A stretch of DNA of 32,000 bases from Candidatus Saccharimonadota bacterium (GCA_965231145.1 OZ246420.1:810001-842000); one strand, 5' to 3'; shown: positions 1-9,187, counted from the stretch's first letter. Notes: generated by a model not told the origin, from the sequence alone. Numbers and translations are program-made.

Positions 1-178
1 CTTTCACGCGATCGAAGGGCGTGGTATTGAGAGCGTTGAAAATAAGCGGTGCGGGAGGGAAAATAGTATATTGTTTTTTTTCTTCAAGAAGTTTATTTTT
101 GATCTCACCAAAATAAGCTTGGGAAAACTCCCCTTCCAGCACTTTTTTCCACGATGCTTCTATCTGCACGTCACTCAT
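1..178 (-). CDS. ung: Uracil-DNA glycosylase, N-terminal part (gene runs off the left edge)
   Basis: ATG at 178-176. Translation is MSDVQIEASWKKVLEGEFSQAYFGEIKNKLLEEKKQYTIFPPAPLIFNALNTTPFDRVK, the typical family-1 UDG N-terminus that precedes the VVILGQDPYH motif. Confidence 0.8.
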   Translation of the reverse strand, partial: MSDVQIEASWKKVLEGEFSQAYFGEIKNKLLEEKKQYTIFPPAPLIFNALNTTPFDRVK

Positions 179-192
179 GACCATAAATTAGG

Positions 193-819
193 TTATAAAT
201 TGATTACTTTGAGAATGCGATCAAAAACCTCCTCTACAGTTCACTTTGCATCGATGTTGATCCGCTTATTTCCCCGGATAGCAAGCTTTGATGATCTCCT
301 ATATCACTCTGTCACTTTTTCAAAAAATTCTACTCCCATCTGTTCAAATTTATCACCATCAGCATCAAACGTTCTATCGAGTGCATGTTTCACCTCCGAA
401 TCAAGGTATACTACCTTATCGGGCAACAGATCGCTGATAGCTGCATGGTTAATTGCGAGGACTTTATCAAGTCCAAGACCTCTTGCCCGCCCCTGATACG
501 CCAATGATGAGACAAATGATCTGTCAGCTATTACTATGCCTCCGGCGTCGACCGTTGGTTTAATGAGCGTCTTCAACAGCTGCGCGCGAGCTGCAGCATA
601 CAGATACGCTTCACAGATAGGATCCATAAGCTCATCAAATTGTGTTGCCTGTGCAAGTTTTCTAATTGCTTCTGCGATACCAGTTGATCCTGGTTCACGC
701 ACATGGATGATCTTTTTCTCAGGATATTTCTGCAGCAAATACTCATACAGCCTTGCTGACTGCGTCGATTTTCCTGAACCAACTATTCATTCAAACACAA
801 TGTACATAGACGAACTCAT
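193..819 (-). CDS. tmk: Thymidylate kinase (dTMP kinase)
   Basis: Rebuilt across three TGA codons (787-789, 304-306, 241-243). MSSSMYIVFEG(TGA)IVGSGKSTQSARLYEYL... gives the P-loop, followed by REPGST and a C-terminal ...INIDAKGTVEEVFDRILKVINL. Stop is TAA at 193-195. A second ATG at 807 is an alternative start. Confidence 0.9.
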
Positions 820-843
820 AGTCAATGAATAAAGAATAGCGCC

Positions 844-1437
844 TTATTGTTTTTCTGTTTCATACTTCATCCTTTTCTGGAGATAGCATCTACCACAAAC
901 TGACTGATAGGTAATACGAACATCGCTACCATCGATCTGCACCTGTTCGCCGCTAAAGACTGGGATGCTATCAATGCTTCTTATATTACAAATAGCTTTT
1001 TTGCCACACTCACAGATGGTTTTCATTTCTTCAAGCTCATGCGCAATTTCTAGAAGTCTTGTACTTCCCGGAAAACCTTCCATTTGAAAATCAGTGCGCA
1101 GCCCATAGCAGATGACTGGTATGTTATCTATCGACGCTAAGCGAAAAAGCTGGTCAACTTGTTTCTTTGTGCAAAACTGCGCTTCATCCACAAGTATGCA
1201 ATAGACGAGTGGCTGCTGCGAAACCACTTCTACGAGGTCATCCTCTTCCGAAAATACGACATCCACTTTTCTTTGGATACCAAGTCTTGAAACGAGCATA
1301 TCTTCTCCTTTCGTATCTTTACCTGGTTTCATCACTAAGACCCTCATATTTCTTTCTTCATAATTGTGGGCTACCTGCAAAAGAGCCGTCGATTTTCCAG
1401 CATTCATCGCACTATAACGGAAATACAGCTTCGCCAT
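844..1437 (-). CDS. tdk: Thymidine kinase
   Basis: Intact 197-aa ORF. It has the P-loop SAMNAGKST, VDEAQF, and the zinc-ribbon cysteines CxCG...CGRC. Stop is TAA. AGGAG lies about 11 nt upstream of the ATG. Confidence 0.92.
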   Translation of the reverse strand: MAKLYFRYSAMNAGKSTALLQVAHNYEERNMRVLVMKPGKDTKGEDMLVSRLGIQRKVDVVFSEEDDLVEVVSQQPLVYCILVDEAQFCTKKQVDQLFRLASIDNIPVICYGLRTDFQMEGFPGSTRLLEIAHELEEMKTICECGKKAICNIRSIDSIPVFSGEQVQIDGSDVRITYQSVCGRCYLQKRMKYETEKQ

Positions 1438-1624
1438 TTCTTCTTAACTCCTAAGACGGTAAAAGGATATTACAGCCAGCTTAGAGATCCTGGCTTTTAT
1501 TTCAATTGGAGCTTTATAAAACTATTTCCTACACTTTTTGGCTTATTTCTAAGGCAATTCAAAATATTGACTTCACATGGCGTTCTGTTATAATACTCAT
1601 TCACATTAAAATATATATCTATTT

Positions 1625-2140
1625 ATGAAATCGTTATTTATCATTGCCATCGTTCTTTGTATCACAGGACTCAGTTACACTCCTGCCCACGCACAAATAC
1701 GCTGCAAAGACAAAGGGAAAAAATTAGTCGTCTTTATTCACAAAGACGGTACATCTGACACCCTGTGTCTGCTTGCAAGCGACATCATTACGGACACAAT
1801 AAAGTATTCCCAACGCGAAATAAATATGGGAGAAAACGCATACAACTATAACCCGAGATTCATAAATATGATTCTCGACAGTTCAGATAACGACAACCAT
1901 ATTATCGTATTTTCTAAATACGCTTATGCAAAACAAGACCATAGATCGACGCCTTTCGATATAAGCATGGAACAACAGTCGTTAGCTCATAACACCTGGG
2001 TAGGTTTTGGCTCTTGGCTCAGCATACAAAATGGCAAAGGCTGTTATCACCACTCCGCCGATTCCAGCAATAAGGTATTTGAAATTCATTTTACCGAAAT
2101 ATTTGCAGCCATCCTGGAAAGCCTCAAAGACGAAGTATAA
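1625..2140 (+). CDS. Secreted hypothetical protein (signal peptide MKSLFIIAIVLCITGLSYTPAHAQ)
   Basis: 171-aa ORF with a clear N-terminal signal peptide, a TAA stop, and a terminator immediately after. I recognise no family. Confidence 0.7.
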   Translation: MKSLFIIAIVLCITGLSYTPAHAQIRCKDKGKKLVVFIHKDGTSDTLCLLASDIITDTIKYSQREINMGENAYNYNPRFINMILDSSDNDNHIIVFSKYAYAKQDHRSTPFDISMEQQSLAHNTWVGFGSWLSIQNGKGCYHHSADSSNKVFEIHFTEIFAAILESLKDEV

Positions 2141-2157
2141 AAACTATATACTATGTA

Positions 2158-2186
2158 AGAGCGGGATTATCCTGCTCTTTTTTTTA
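2158..2186 (+). terminator. Rho-independent terminator after the 1625..2140 gene
   Basis: AGAGCGGGA-TTAT-TCCTGCTCT stem with one mismatch, followed by a T8 run. Confidence 0.7.
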
Positions 2187-2191
2187 TAGAT

Positions 2192-2216
2192 AATAAAACC
2201 CGGCATTCCTGCCGAG
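2192..2216 (-). terminator. Possible terminator of rnj
   Basis: On the minus strand: CGGCA-GGAA-TGCCG hairpin followed by GGTTTTATTA, 55 nt after the rnj stop. The stem is short. Confidence 0.45.
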
Positions 2217-2270
2217 TTTCCTTATTATATTTAGAATTTCGCATTCAACATTTCGAATTATTGAAGTGAT

Positions 2271-4193
2271 TTAGATACCCGTATCTTCACCCTGTTCTTC
2301 AAGCGTCATACCAACGATAGCTTCTTCTTCAGAAAGCGCATCGAGTCTGCTTTCGTCTTTTACCGCATCACGGTTAATATAGACGAACATAGGCATAATC
2401 ATCGGAACACGTCCGATGTTTTTTTCGATAAACTCACCGAGTTCATCTTTCATAGACTTGAGGATCATCTTCACATCGTTTGTCTGCTTGAGGTGATGGT
2501 AGTACCTCTTCTTTGCAAACTCTACGATGTCGGTATGGATCTTCTGTACTTCTGATGAGTAAACGAATCCACGAGACTCAATCTGGATATTTCCAACTAG
2601 TTCTTTCGTCTTTGTATCTACCTTGAAGATAAGAGCAAGTACTCCGTCCTGAGACATGATCTTACGAGCTTTGATAACGTACTCACCAGAAAGGTGACCC
2701 ATACCAAGTCCGTCAATCATAACCACATCAAGTTTCATCTGGTTTTTTCCAAGGATCACTTTGTCGTCATACATTTCAATCACGCTACCGTTCTTTTCAG
2801 GCATAAGGATCTTATCGTCTGGTATACCCATATCAAGACCGAGAGATCTGTGTGAGTATCTTTCTGCCGCTGGCATGTAAAATGGAAGGAAGTATTCAGG
2901 CTTCACAAGACCAAGCATGATCTTATGATCTTCTGCTCCTCCGTGTCCGCTGGCATGTACGTCCATTGCGTCATTTGTCACAAGATTGATTCTCTTGATA
3001 ACGAGATCGTTAATCATCTTTGCAAACTGTGACTCATTTCCTGGGATCGTACTTGCTGACATCACTACAGTGTCACCAGGTCTGAGTTCAAAATGCGTAT
3101 GCTCTCCTCTTGCGATACGAGCAAGCGCTGAAAACTCTTCACCTTGTGCTCCTGTTGAAAGAAGTACTACTCTTTCATCTGGAAGCGTATCTATCTCATT
3201 TGCATTTGTTAATTTACGAACGAGACCCTTTGGAAACTGGATATATCCAAGTTGCTGACAAATTTCTACGTTATTGATCATAGATCTTCCTGAAAGGAAA
3301 ACAACTTTGTTGTGTTTTACCGCGCTCTGGATGATCTGGATAATACGTCCGACATTTGATGCGAACGTTGCAATCACCATTCTTGATTTTGTTGATCTGA
3401 TGATATTATCGATAGTCTCTCCTACTCTCTTTTCAGAAATAGCGAAACCAGGTTTATTTGCACCAAGTGAGTCTCCGATATAGAGCTTTACTCCTTCAGT
3501 ACCGATACGCGCAATCTTTGAAAGATCTGCTGGCTTATCGATAGCAGGCGTGTGGTCGATCTTGAAGTCTGATGAGTTGAAGATCAATCCCTTTGGAGTA
3601 TGGATAGCCATAGCCATCGTCTCAGGGATGTTATGGTTCACATGAACATATTCGATAGTGAAACATCCAAGTTTGACGATATCTTTATTTGGGTCAACGA
3701 TCTTTGCCTTGATTCTTCCAAGTTGTTTTGGATCTTCAAATGTTTTCTTGACGATACCGAGAGTGAGTGGTGTCGTATAGATCATAGGAAAATCAAGAGC
3801 TGGCAAGATATGACGAAGTGCTCCTACGTGGTCAAGATGGCCGTGTGAAAGGAGAATTCCTCTTATCTTATGCTGATTCTTTTTGAGATATGAAATATCC
3901 GGGATGATATAATCAGCTCCAAGAGTTTCCTCTGCAGCAAATTCCATACCCGCATCGATGATGATGATATCATCTTTATATTCGATGAATACACACTGCC
4001 CTACCTGTTCAAGACCAAGGAGTGATCCGATTCTTACAGGTATTTCTCCGGTATATACCGGTGGATCATATGACACTTCTGCCTTTGGTTTCCTTACGAA
4101 ACCACCTGTTCTTGGACGAGGCGCTGGTCTTTTAGGATTGTTTTTTTTGTCAAAATCAATATGCACATTTGTAGAAATAGTAGATTCTTCCAT
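2271..4193 (-). CDS. rnj: Ribonuclease J (metallo-beta-lactamase/beta-CASP RNase)
   Basis: Intact 640-aa ORF. It shows the MBL motif LSHGHLDHVG and beta-CASP-like middle and C-terminal regions, plus a basic N-terminal extension. Stop is TAA. Confidence 0.88.
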   Translation of the reverse strand: MEESTISTNVHIDFDKKNNPKRPAPRPRTGGFVRKPKAEVSYDPPVYTGEIPVRIGSLLGLEQVGQCVFIEYKDDIIIIDAGMEFAAEETLGADYIIPDISYLKKNQHKIRGILLSHGHLDHVGALRHILPALDFPMIYTTPLTLGIVKKTFEDPKQLGRIKAKIVDPNKDIVKLGCFTIEYVHVNHNIPETMAMAIHTPKGLIFNSSDFKIDHTPAIDKPADLSKIARIGTEGVKLYIGDSLGANKPGFAISEKRVGETIDNIIRSTKSRMVIATFASNVGRIIQIIQSAVKHNKVVFLSGRSMINNVEICQQLGYIQFPKGLVRKLTNANEIDTLPDERVVLLSTGAQGEEFSALARIARGEHTHFELRPGDTVVMSASTIPGNESQFAKMINDLVIKRINLVTNDAMDVHASGHGGAEDHKIMLGLVKPEYFLPFYMPAAERYSHRSLGLDMGIPDDKILMPEKNGSVIEMYDDKVILGKNQMKLDVVMIDGLGMGHLSGEYVIKARKIMSQDGVLALIFKVDTKTKELVGNIQIESRGFVYSSEVQKIHTDIVEFAKKRYYHHLKQTNDVKMILKSMKDELGEFIEKNIGRVPMIMPMFVYINRDAVKDESRLDALSEEEAIVGMTLEEQGEDTGI

Positions 4194-4291
4194 TATTTAC
4201 TTATATATAAATTAAAATGTCGTAAATAACTCAAAACTGAAAACCTTAAAACGTTTTTAGTTTTTAGTCTTTAGTTTTAAGTAAAATATGT

Positions 4292-4864
4292 ATGTGAGTA
4301 AATCTAGCCGAATTGAGAAGTCGATGTGCACAGCGTAATGTACCGCTGATTTCTGAAGCAACTGAAGAATATCTGAGAAAGCTTCTGAGACAATATAAAC
4401 CTCGCCGTGTTCTTGAGATAGGAACAGCTACAGGATATAGCGCTTGTATGATCTCCAATGAAATTGCATCATATGGTGGGATAGTCTATACATGTGAGAT
4501 CTGATACCGAGATTATCTGAGTGCGTGAAACCATTTTCACAAGGCACATGCATATAATGTCGTGTCGTATCACGCAGATTTCTTAGAAACAAATCTGAGC
4601 TCACGATGAATAGAAAAATTTGATATGATACTGATAGACGGAAGGAAAAATCAATACAAGGAATATCTCCTCAAGGTTTCCGACTTCGTGGCTGATGATG
4701 GACTGATTGTCATAGACGACGCCATCAAGTTCGCTCACAAAACATCTTCATTATATGACTTCTTGTCAGAAAAGCAAATCAAATATGAACTCCTCCCCCT
4801 AGATGAAGATGACGGCATCATTGTTATTGACAAGGCTGGAATTCAACTTCTAAATAGCTACTAG
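4292..4864 (+). CDS. Class I SAM-dependent O-methyltransferase (family 3, YrrM/TrmR-like)
   Basis: Two track fragments (4313..4504 and 4625..4864) are in one frame and join across TGA codons at 4295, 4502, 4526 and 4604. SAM motif VLEIGTATGYSA and FDMILIDGRKNQY are present. ATG at 4292, stop TAG. Confidence 0.8.
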
Positions 4865-5066
4865 CGGATAGCAATGAGATTATAACAAAAAAATGCTAAC
4901 ATCTAAAATCGATATGCTATATAGTTCGATGCTCTTTTTGTAAAATACCTATAAGTTCTTTTTCTGTGCTATACTGAGGCCAGCCTTTACGCGGCAACAA
5001 GTTGTTTTGTTGGATATCTCACAGTCAGATTTCGCCTTCTACTACATATGTTTCTTGCGGAGAAAA

Positions 5067-5501
5067 TCAGGTTGTTTCAAAAAATGCTTTTTTTACCACT
5101 TCCATCATATGAAAACTTGTCATAAAATCATTATGTAGTCTCATCATCTCCTGATTTTTTATGTATGTTGTCTGAAATATTTTATAACCATTTACAAGAA
5201 AATGATATAAGATAGGGTCTATATTTACTTGTGTCTGTAAGCTATTTTTACTTAAGAAGTAACTATCACGACCATCTATCATGGCATTGGGATTGTAGAG
5301 CAATCTCCTAGTTTTAGCATCTACTTGAAAGCCTCCTTTATAGGTTGGATCTTTTCATAAAGTAGGAAAACTATGTCATCTCGCTCCTCCGCTCTTCGAA
5401 TGATAATCATTTCACCAATGCGAAGCGATAAGCGTCTCTCCTGTAAATGCTCAAAAGACAGGATTGTAGTCTATTCTATACGATTCTTCGCACTCCTCCA
5501 A
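5067..5501 (-). CDS. Hypothetical protein; start uncertain, same frame as a 38-codon ORF (5520..5636) separated only by TAA
   Basis: The ORF extends upstream of track fragment 5067..5303 through four TGA codons. The first usable start is TTG at 5501. The frame stays open to an in-frame TAA at 5520-5522. Directly above that is ATG(5636)-MREHLSPYILNEKQGIPCHNEQEAAFSALHEKKLTDIT. Confidence 0.5.
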
Positions 5502-5751
5502 TATTTTAATAAGATCATATTATGTGATATCTGTAAGTTTTTTTTCATGTAATGCTGAAAATGCCGCTTCTTGTTCATTGTGACAAGGTATTCACTGTTT
5601 CTCATTCAATATATAAGGACTCAAGTGTTCTCTCATGCAATATAGTATATCGTATCTATAATTCAAATCAATCAGTAAAAAAATCCTGCTCTCGCTGGAT
5701 TCCTTTTTAATTATGCATTCTGAGTTTTGATTTACAAGTTGCGTAATAAAA

Positions 5752-6162
5752 TTACGCTTCCAGTTTTGTCAGATCAATTTTCTCTCCTTCAAGTTCCATC
5801 TTATCGATAGTCTTTGCGATAAATGGATCTACGTAGAGCCAGTATTTCGCTACGGTGAAATCTTCATCATCGAGAGCTTGTACTGATTGTACAAATGCGA
5901 CTGCCTGATTGTTATACTTGAGAAGATAATTGAGCGCACCTCCATTATCAGCTACTACCTTTATCATGACATTGTCTTTGTCGTATTCACCTGGATAGTC
6001 TATGATGAAGGTGGGATTTTTTTCCTTGTCATCCGCATATGTCATATCTTCACCCTTTGTTGCCATAAGATTGATATATTTTTTATCAGTTACTCCAAAT
6101 GAGATATACATAAGGCCTTCAAGAAGGTATCCATCATTAAGTTTTTGAATATTTACTGCCAT
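5752..6162 (-). CDS. Hypothetical protein (136 aa, acidic)
   Basis: Intact ORF with ATG start and TAA stop, well-spaced from its neighbours. No family recognised with confidence. Confidence 0.65.
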   Translation of the reverse strand: MAVNIQKLNDGYLLEGLMYISFGVTDKKYINLMATKGEDMTYADDKEKNPTFIIDYPGEYDKDNVMIKVVADNGGALNYLLKYNNQAVAFVQSVQALDDEDFTVAKYWLYVDPFIAKTIDKMELEGEKIDLTKLEA

Positions 6163-6280
6163 CTTACAAACTAAGTTTACTAGTTAAAAAGCTATTATGT
6201 CGGCAAATAGATTGTAGCAGGTAGCAACTAGCACTTTTTATGCCATCTGCTAGCTGCCAACTCCTATTTGCTGATAAGAA

Positions 6281-6805
6281 TTATTTGAAGAAGTTAGGAT
6301 TGATCAGTTGTAATATCGCTCCTGAAGCGCCGAGTATAGCTAGTCAGATTGCGACTTTCACAATCTTTGCTTTACCTTCTTTTGGATTTCCCGACGCCCA
6401 CTGTACGCCACCAATAATGATGAACATAAATGAAACTATCAGGATTGCTGTGACTACCATTTTTGAGAGTCCTCCTATGAGAGCCGGAAATGCATTATCG
6501 GCGTCGTCTTTCTTTATACATTTACCGATAAATGGGACATCTGTATTTAACTTAATTCCCTCTTTACACTCATCATCAGAGCCGCCATTTTCATCTCATC
6601 CACCATCCGATGGTTTAGGATCTGGGGTTCCTTGTGTCACATTCATGTCTGGGGTAAATCCTCCATCTGTGCTAAATCCATCAGCATCTGTCTGCGCTGC
6701 ATATGCTACACTACTTACATGTAATGTCTGGGACGATAAGAGAACTGGAGCCGAATAGACTATCGCTATCAACGGCAACAGAAACCATGAAATCCTTTTT
6801 TTCAT
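6281..6805 (-). CDS. Secreted small membrane protein, TrbC/VirB2-type (T4SS-pilin-like) family
   Basis: Track fragment 6596..6805 continues through TGA codons at 6596 and 6344 to TAA at 6281. It has a signal peptide (MKKRISWFLLPLIAIVYSAP), an acidic Gly/Asp linker, and then two hydrophobic helices (ALIGGLSKMVVTAILIVSFMFIIIGGVQWASGNPKEGKAKIVKVAIGLAILGASGAILQLINPNFFK). This layout is typical of VirB2/TrbC-like pilins. Confidence 0.7.
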
Positions 6806-6825
6806 GAGAAAGCTATAAAATAAAA

Positions 6826-7269
6826 TTACATCATACTCATTATTACATCGTTGAGCATTTTTCCATCTACAACGGCTTTATGTGACGCCATAATTGCTCC
6901 GACTACTTTTCCGCGTTCCGCTTTCAGGTCCTGTATGTTCAGAGCTGAAATAGTTTCTTTTACCAATACGCGGACCTGTTCTTCACTCATCATCTCAGGA
7001 ACATACTGCTGAAGCACAGCAATATTATTTCTTTCTACTGTAATCTCTGTACTATTTCCTGCTTTCTCCAGAAACTCTATCGCTTCATTTCTTGCTTTCA
7101 TCTCTTTCTTAATAACGCTAATGACATCGTCATCGGTCAAATCTTTCTGCGTTTCTATTTTCTTGTTCTTCAGCTGCGCTACAACATAGTTGAGGATAGG
7201 TTTCTTTGTTTCATCTTTGTCTTTAAATGCCTGCTTATAGTCATCCAAGACTCTTTGTTCCAGACTCAT
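6826..7269 (-). CDS. yqeY: GatB/YqeY domain protein
   Basis: MSLEQRVLDDYKQAFKDKDETKKPILNYVVAQLKNKKIE...RGKVVGAIMASHKAVVDGKMLNDVI is classic YqeY. The start was moved to the internal ATG at 7269; the track ORF begins at an upstream codon with non-protein-like sequence. Confidence 0.85.
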   Translation of the reverse strand: MSLEQRVLDDYKQAFKDKDETKKPILNYVVAQLKNKKIETQKDLTDDDVISVIKKEMKARNEAIEFLEKAGNSTEITVERNNIAVLQQYVPEMMSEEQVRVLVKETISALNIQDLKAERGKVVGAIMASHKAVVDGKMLNDVIMSMM

Positions 7270-7383
7270 GTACCATATGTAATGCGGATAAAGCTTTGAT
7301 TTACCATAGCGAAAAAGGCAGGCATTACAAGGAAAATGTTTTTCTGATAACAAAAAATCGTCCCCGAAAGGACAATTTTTTCA

Positions 7384-7463
7384 TGCTGGAGAGGAGACTC
7401 GAACTCCCAAGCCGAAGCATACGCACCTCAAGCGTACGTGTATACCAATTCCACCACCCCAGC
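7384..7463 (-). tRNA. tRNA-Leu (anticodon GAG), type II with long variable arm, no encoded CCA
   Basis: Folded by hand. Acceptor GCTGGGG/CTCCAGC with one G:U. D arm GTG-GAATTGGTATA-CAC. Anticodon arm TACGC-TTGAGGT-GCGTA (U33, G37). 11-nt variable arm. T arm GGGAG-TTCGAGT-CTCCT. Discriminator A. Confidence 0.85.
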
Positions 7464-7708
7464 ATAAACAACAAGTGTGATATAGAGTTTCCTCCTTCGG
7501 CGTATGGGTTACTATAAGGACTTACTGGCTAATTTCAACATGATTATTGTAGTTATTAGAAGCAATTATTTTTTATACTCCCGCCGGAGGGGCGTTACTT
7601 TTTAGCATATCCCTAAAAACCCCGTATTTACTACGGGGCAAAAAGGTCTATGGCCGACCTGCCTACAGGAGACGCAGGAAAAATCAGCGGGTTAAAATAA
7701 TATCATAC

Positions 7709-7737
7709 AGAAAAACTCGGCGCTATACCGAGTTTTC
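7709..7737 (-). terminator. Rho-independent terminator of the 7754..8872 gene
   Basis: ACTCGG-loop-CCGAGT hairpin followed by a T-run on the minus strand, about 20 nt after the stop. Confidence 0.7.
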
Positions 7738-7753
7738 ATATGTAATGGATGAA

Positions 7754-8872
7754 CTATTTCGTCTTTTTAGCAGGAGCTGCTTTTGTCGTCTTGAGCTGGT
7801 AGATACCCTTATCAACTCTTTCAAACATATCTTTATACTTCTGAAGGTTAAGAAGGACGGTGTTTGGGCTTACCATCTTTTCCTTAAGAAGTTCTTTTGA
7901 GATCTCTTTTACGCTCATAGCTCTTTCATTTTTCTTGAGGATTCTGTAGATGATGTCTTTTACGACTCCGCCTTCGATACCCCACTCTCTGAGTCCATAG
8001 ATACCAAGTCCCATATTTACAAATGTCTGATTGTTTTTTACAAGTTCATTATGAACTGTTGTTACCTTAATAGCTTTAGCTGGGAACCACTCTATGATCT
8101 TTGAAGGAATTTCCTGGAAGTGCATAGGCTTATTCACTTTTCTGAGTACATACATGATTTTCAACTTAATAGTCTTTGGATGTACATCGTGGAAGTCCTG
8201 GAGCCCAAGCTTTCCATCGAACATCTTCGCTCCTCTAATAACATTGAAGAAGTTAGTGTAGAAAAGCGTATTTGTAAGATAATGTATACTTGGATTTTTT
8301 ACCTGAAACTCAGCTTTAAGTTTTTCAATAAACTCATAAATATCTTCTGACTCTTTTCTCTTTTCAAAGTAGTTATTTACGAAAAGCGTCATCTTAGTAA
8401 GCAAGTCTTCGAAAAGCGGATCCTTATAGAAAGCTTTGTAGAGAAGTTTATTTCTTTTGAGATAGTTGATATCGAAATCTGAAACAAGAATAAGTTTAAG
8501 TTCCTGGGGTGTAAATTTGAAAATACCTTTGTTCACCATCTTCTTGATCATATCTTCTTCTGACAGGAGACCTCCAGATACATCAAGGATCTTCTTTGCT
8601 TCTTCAAGCACCTTAACGTATTTATCATTGCCTACGATGAGTCTTCTAAATCTCATGAGGGCCTGAGTTTCTATCTGTCTTACACGCTCTCTTGTCATGT
8701 TATAGTCTTGCCCGATTCTCTGGAGAGGAATTTCTTTACTCGTGAGGAGACCAAACTTCTTGCAAAGCACAAGTTGTTCTTTTGGCTTGCAGTACTGTAG
8801 AATATCTTTGATGTTAGTACTTTCGATATCTACTTTAATTTTTTTGTCATCCATCTTTATGTTGAAATTCAT
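7754..8872 (-). CDS. Sigma-70 region-4 HTH protein with C-terminal HARE-HTH-like domains
   Basis: Intact 372-aa ORF. The N-terminal LTSKEIPLQRIGQDYNMTRERVRQIETQALMRFRR is a sigma-70 region 4.2 signature. The C-terminal half has two HARE-HTH-like segments (PMHFQEI...GLGIYGLREWG and MSVKEISKELL...FERVDKGIYQLK). No region 2 is visible, so it is probably not a canonical sigma factor. Confidence 0.75.
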   Translation of the reverse strand: MNFNIKMDDKKIKVDIESTNIKDILQYCKPKEQLVLCKKFGLLTSKEIPLQRIGQDYNMTRERVRQIETQALMRFRRLIVGNDKYVKVLEEAKKILDVSGGLLSEEDMIKKMVNKGIFKFTPQELKLILVSDFDINYLKRNKLLYKAFYKDPLFEDLLTKMTLFVNNYFEKRKESEDIYEFIEKLKAEFQVKNPSIHYLTNTLFYTNFFNVIRGAKMFDGKLGLQDFHDVHPKTIKLKIMYVLRKVNKPMHFQEIPSKIIEWFPAKAIKVTTVHNELVKNNQTFVNMGLGIYGLREWGIEGGVVKDIIYRILKKNERAMSVKEISKELLKEKMVSPNTVLLNLQKYKDMFERVDKGIYQLKTTKAAPAKKTK

Positions 8873-8915
8873 GGCAAGAGGTGTTTAAGAAGATAAAGTT
8901 CATCTCTTTGGGAAC

Positions 8916-8944
8916 ATTATTACGCATTTCATTTTTGATGTCAA
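8916..8944 (-). promoter_or_regulatory. Sigma-70-type promoter proximal to the 7754..8872 gene
   Basis: Minus strand reads TTGACA-16 nt-TAATAAT, about 45 nt upstream of the ATG at 8872. Confidence 0.55.
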
Positions 8945-9159
8945 GCAAAAATGCAAAATTTTACTCGAGCACCGCGATGACGAACTCAATATAATATGTA
9001 TAAAGTTTATTCTTTCTCTTGCGTAAAAAAAATGTCCAATATTTTTTTATACTCTCTACTAATGTGTATAATCTTACATAGATTGTATTATTTTTTTTGT
9101 CATTTCTCTATTTAGCTCTTCTTTCACTTCACTCTCTTTTTTACCTCAAATTAAAACAC

Positions 9160-9187
9160 ATTATAACATTCGTCTACACATTGTCAA
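9160..9187 (-). promoter_or_regulatory. Near-consensus sigma-70 promoter with extended -10 (distal or orphan)
   Basis: Minus strand reads TTGACA-atgtgtagacgaaTGt-TATAAT: perfect -35, 16-nt spacer, TGn extended -10, perfect -10. No ORF follows within about 290 nt. Confidence 0.5.

Noticed and set aside
6240-6758. 172-aa plus-strand ORF
   Set aside because: It is antisense to the pilin-like gene. That gene has a signal peptide, a coherent two-helix architecture and a proper TAA stop. The plus-strand translation has no start context or motif.
7464-7753. The structured intergenic region (hairpins at about 7573-7590, 7618-7645 and 7660-7700) could be SRP RNA, tmRNA or RNase P RNA
   Set aside because: I could not find the SRP domain IV motifs (GGAA tetraloop with AGCA/GNAR context), the RNase P P4 consensus or tRNA-like tmRNA ends. 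The hairpins followed by T-runs on the minus strand are more simply stacked terminators after the 7754 gene. An unclassified small RNA remains possible.
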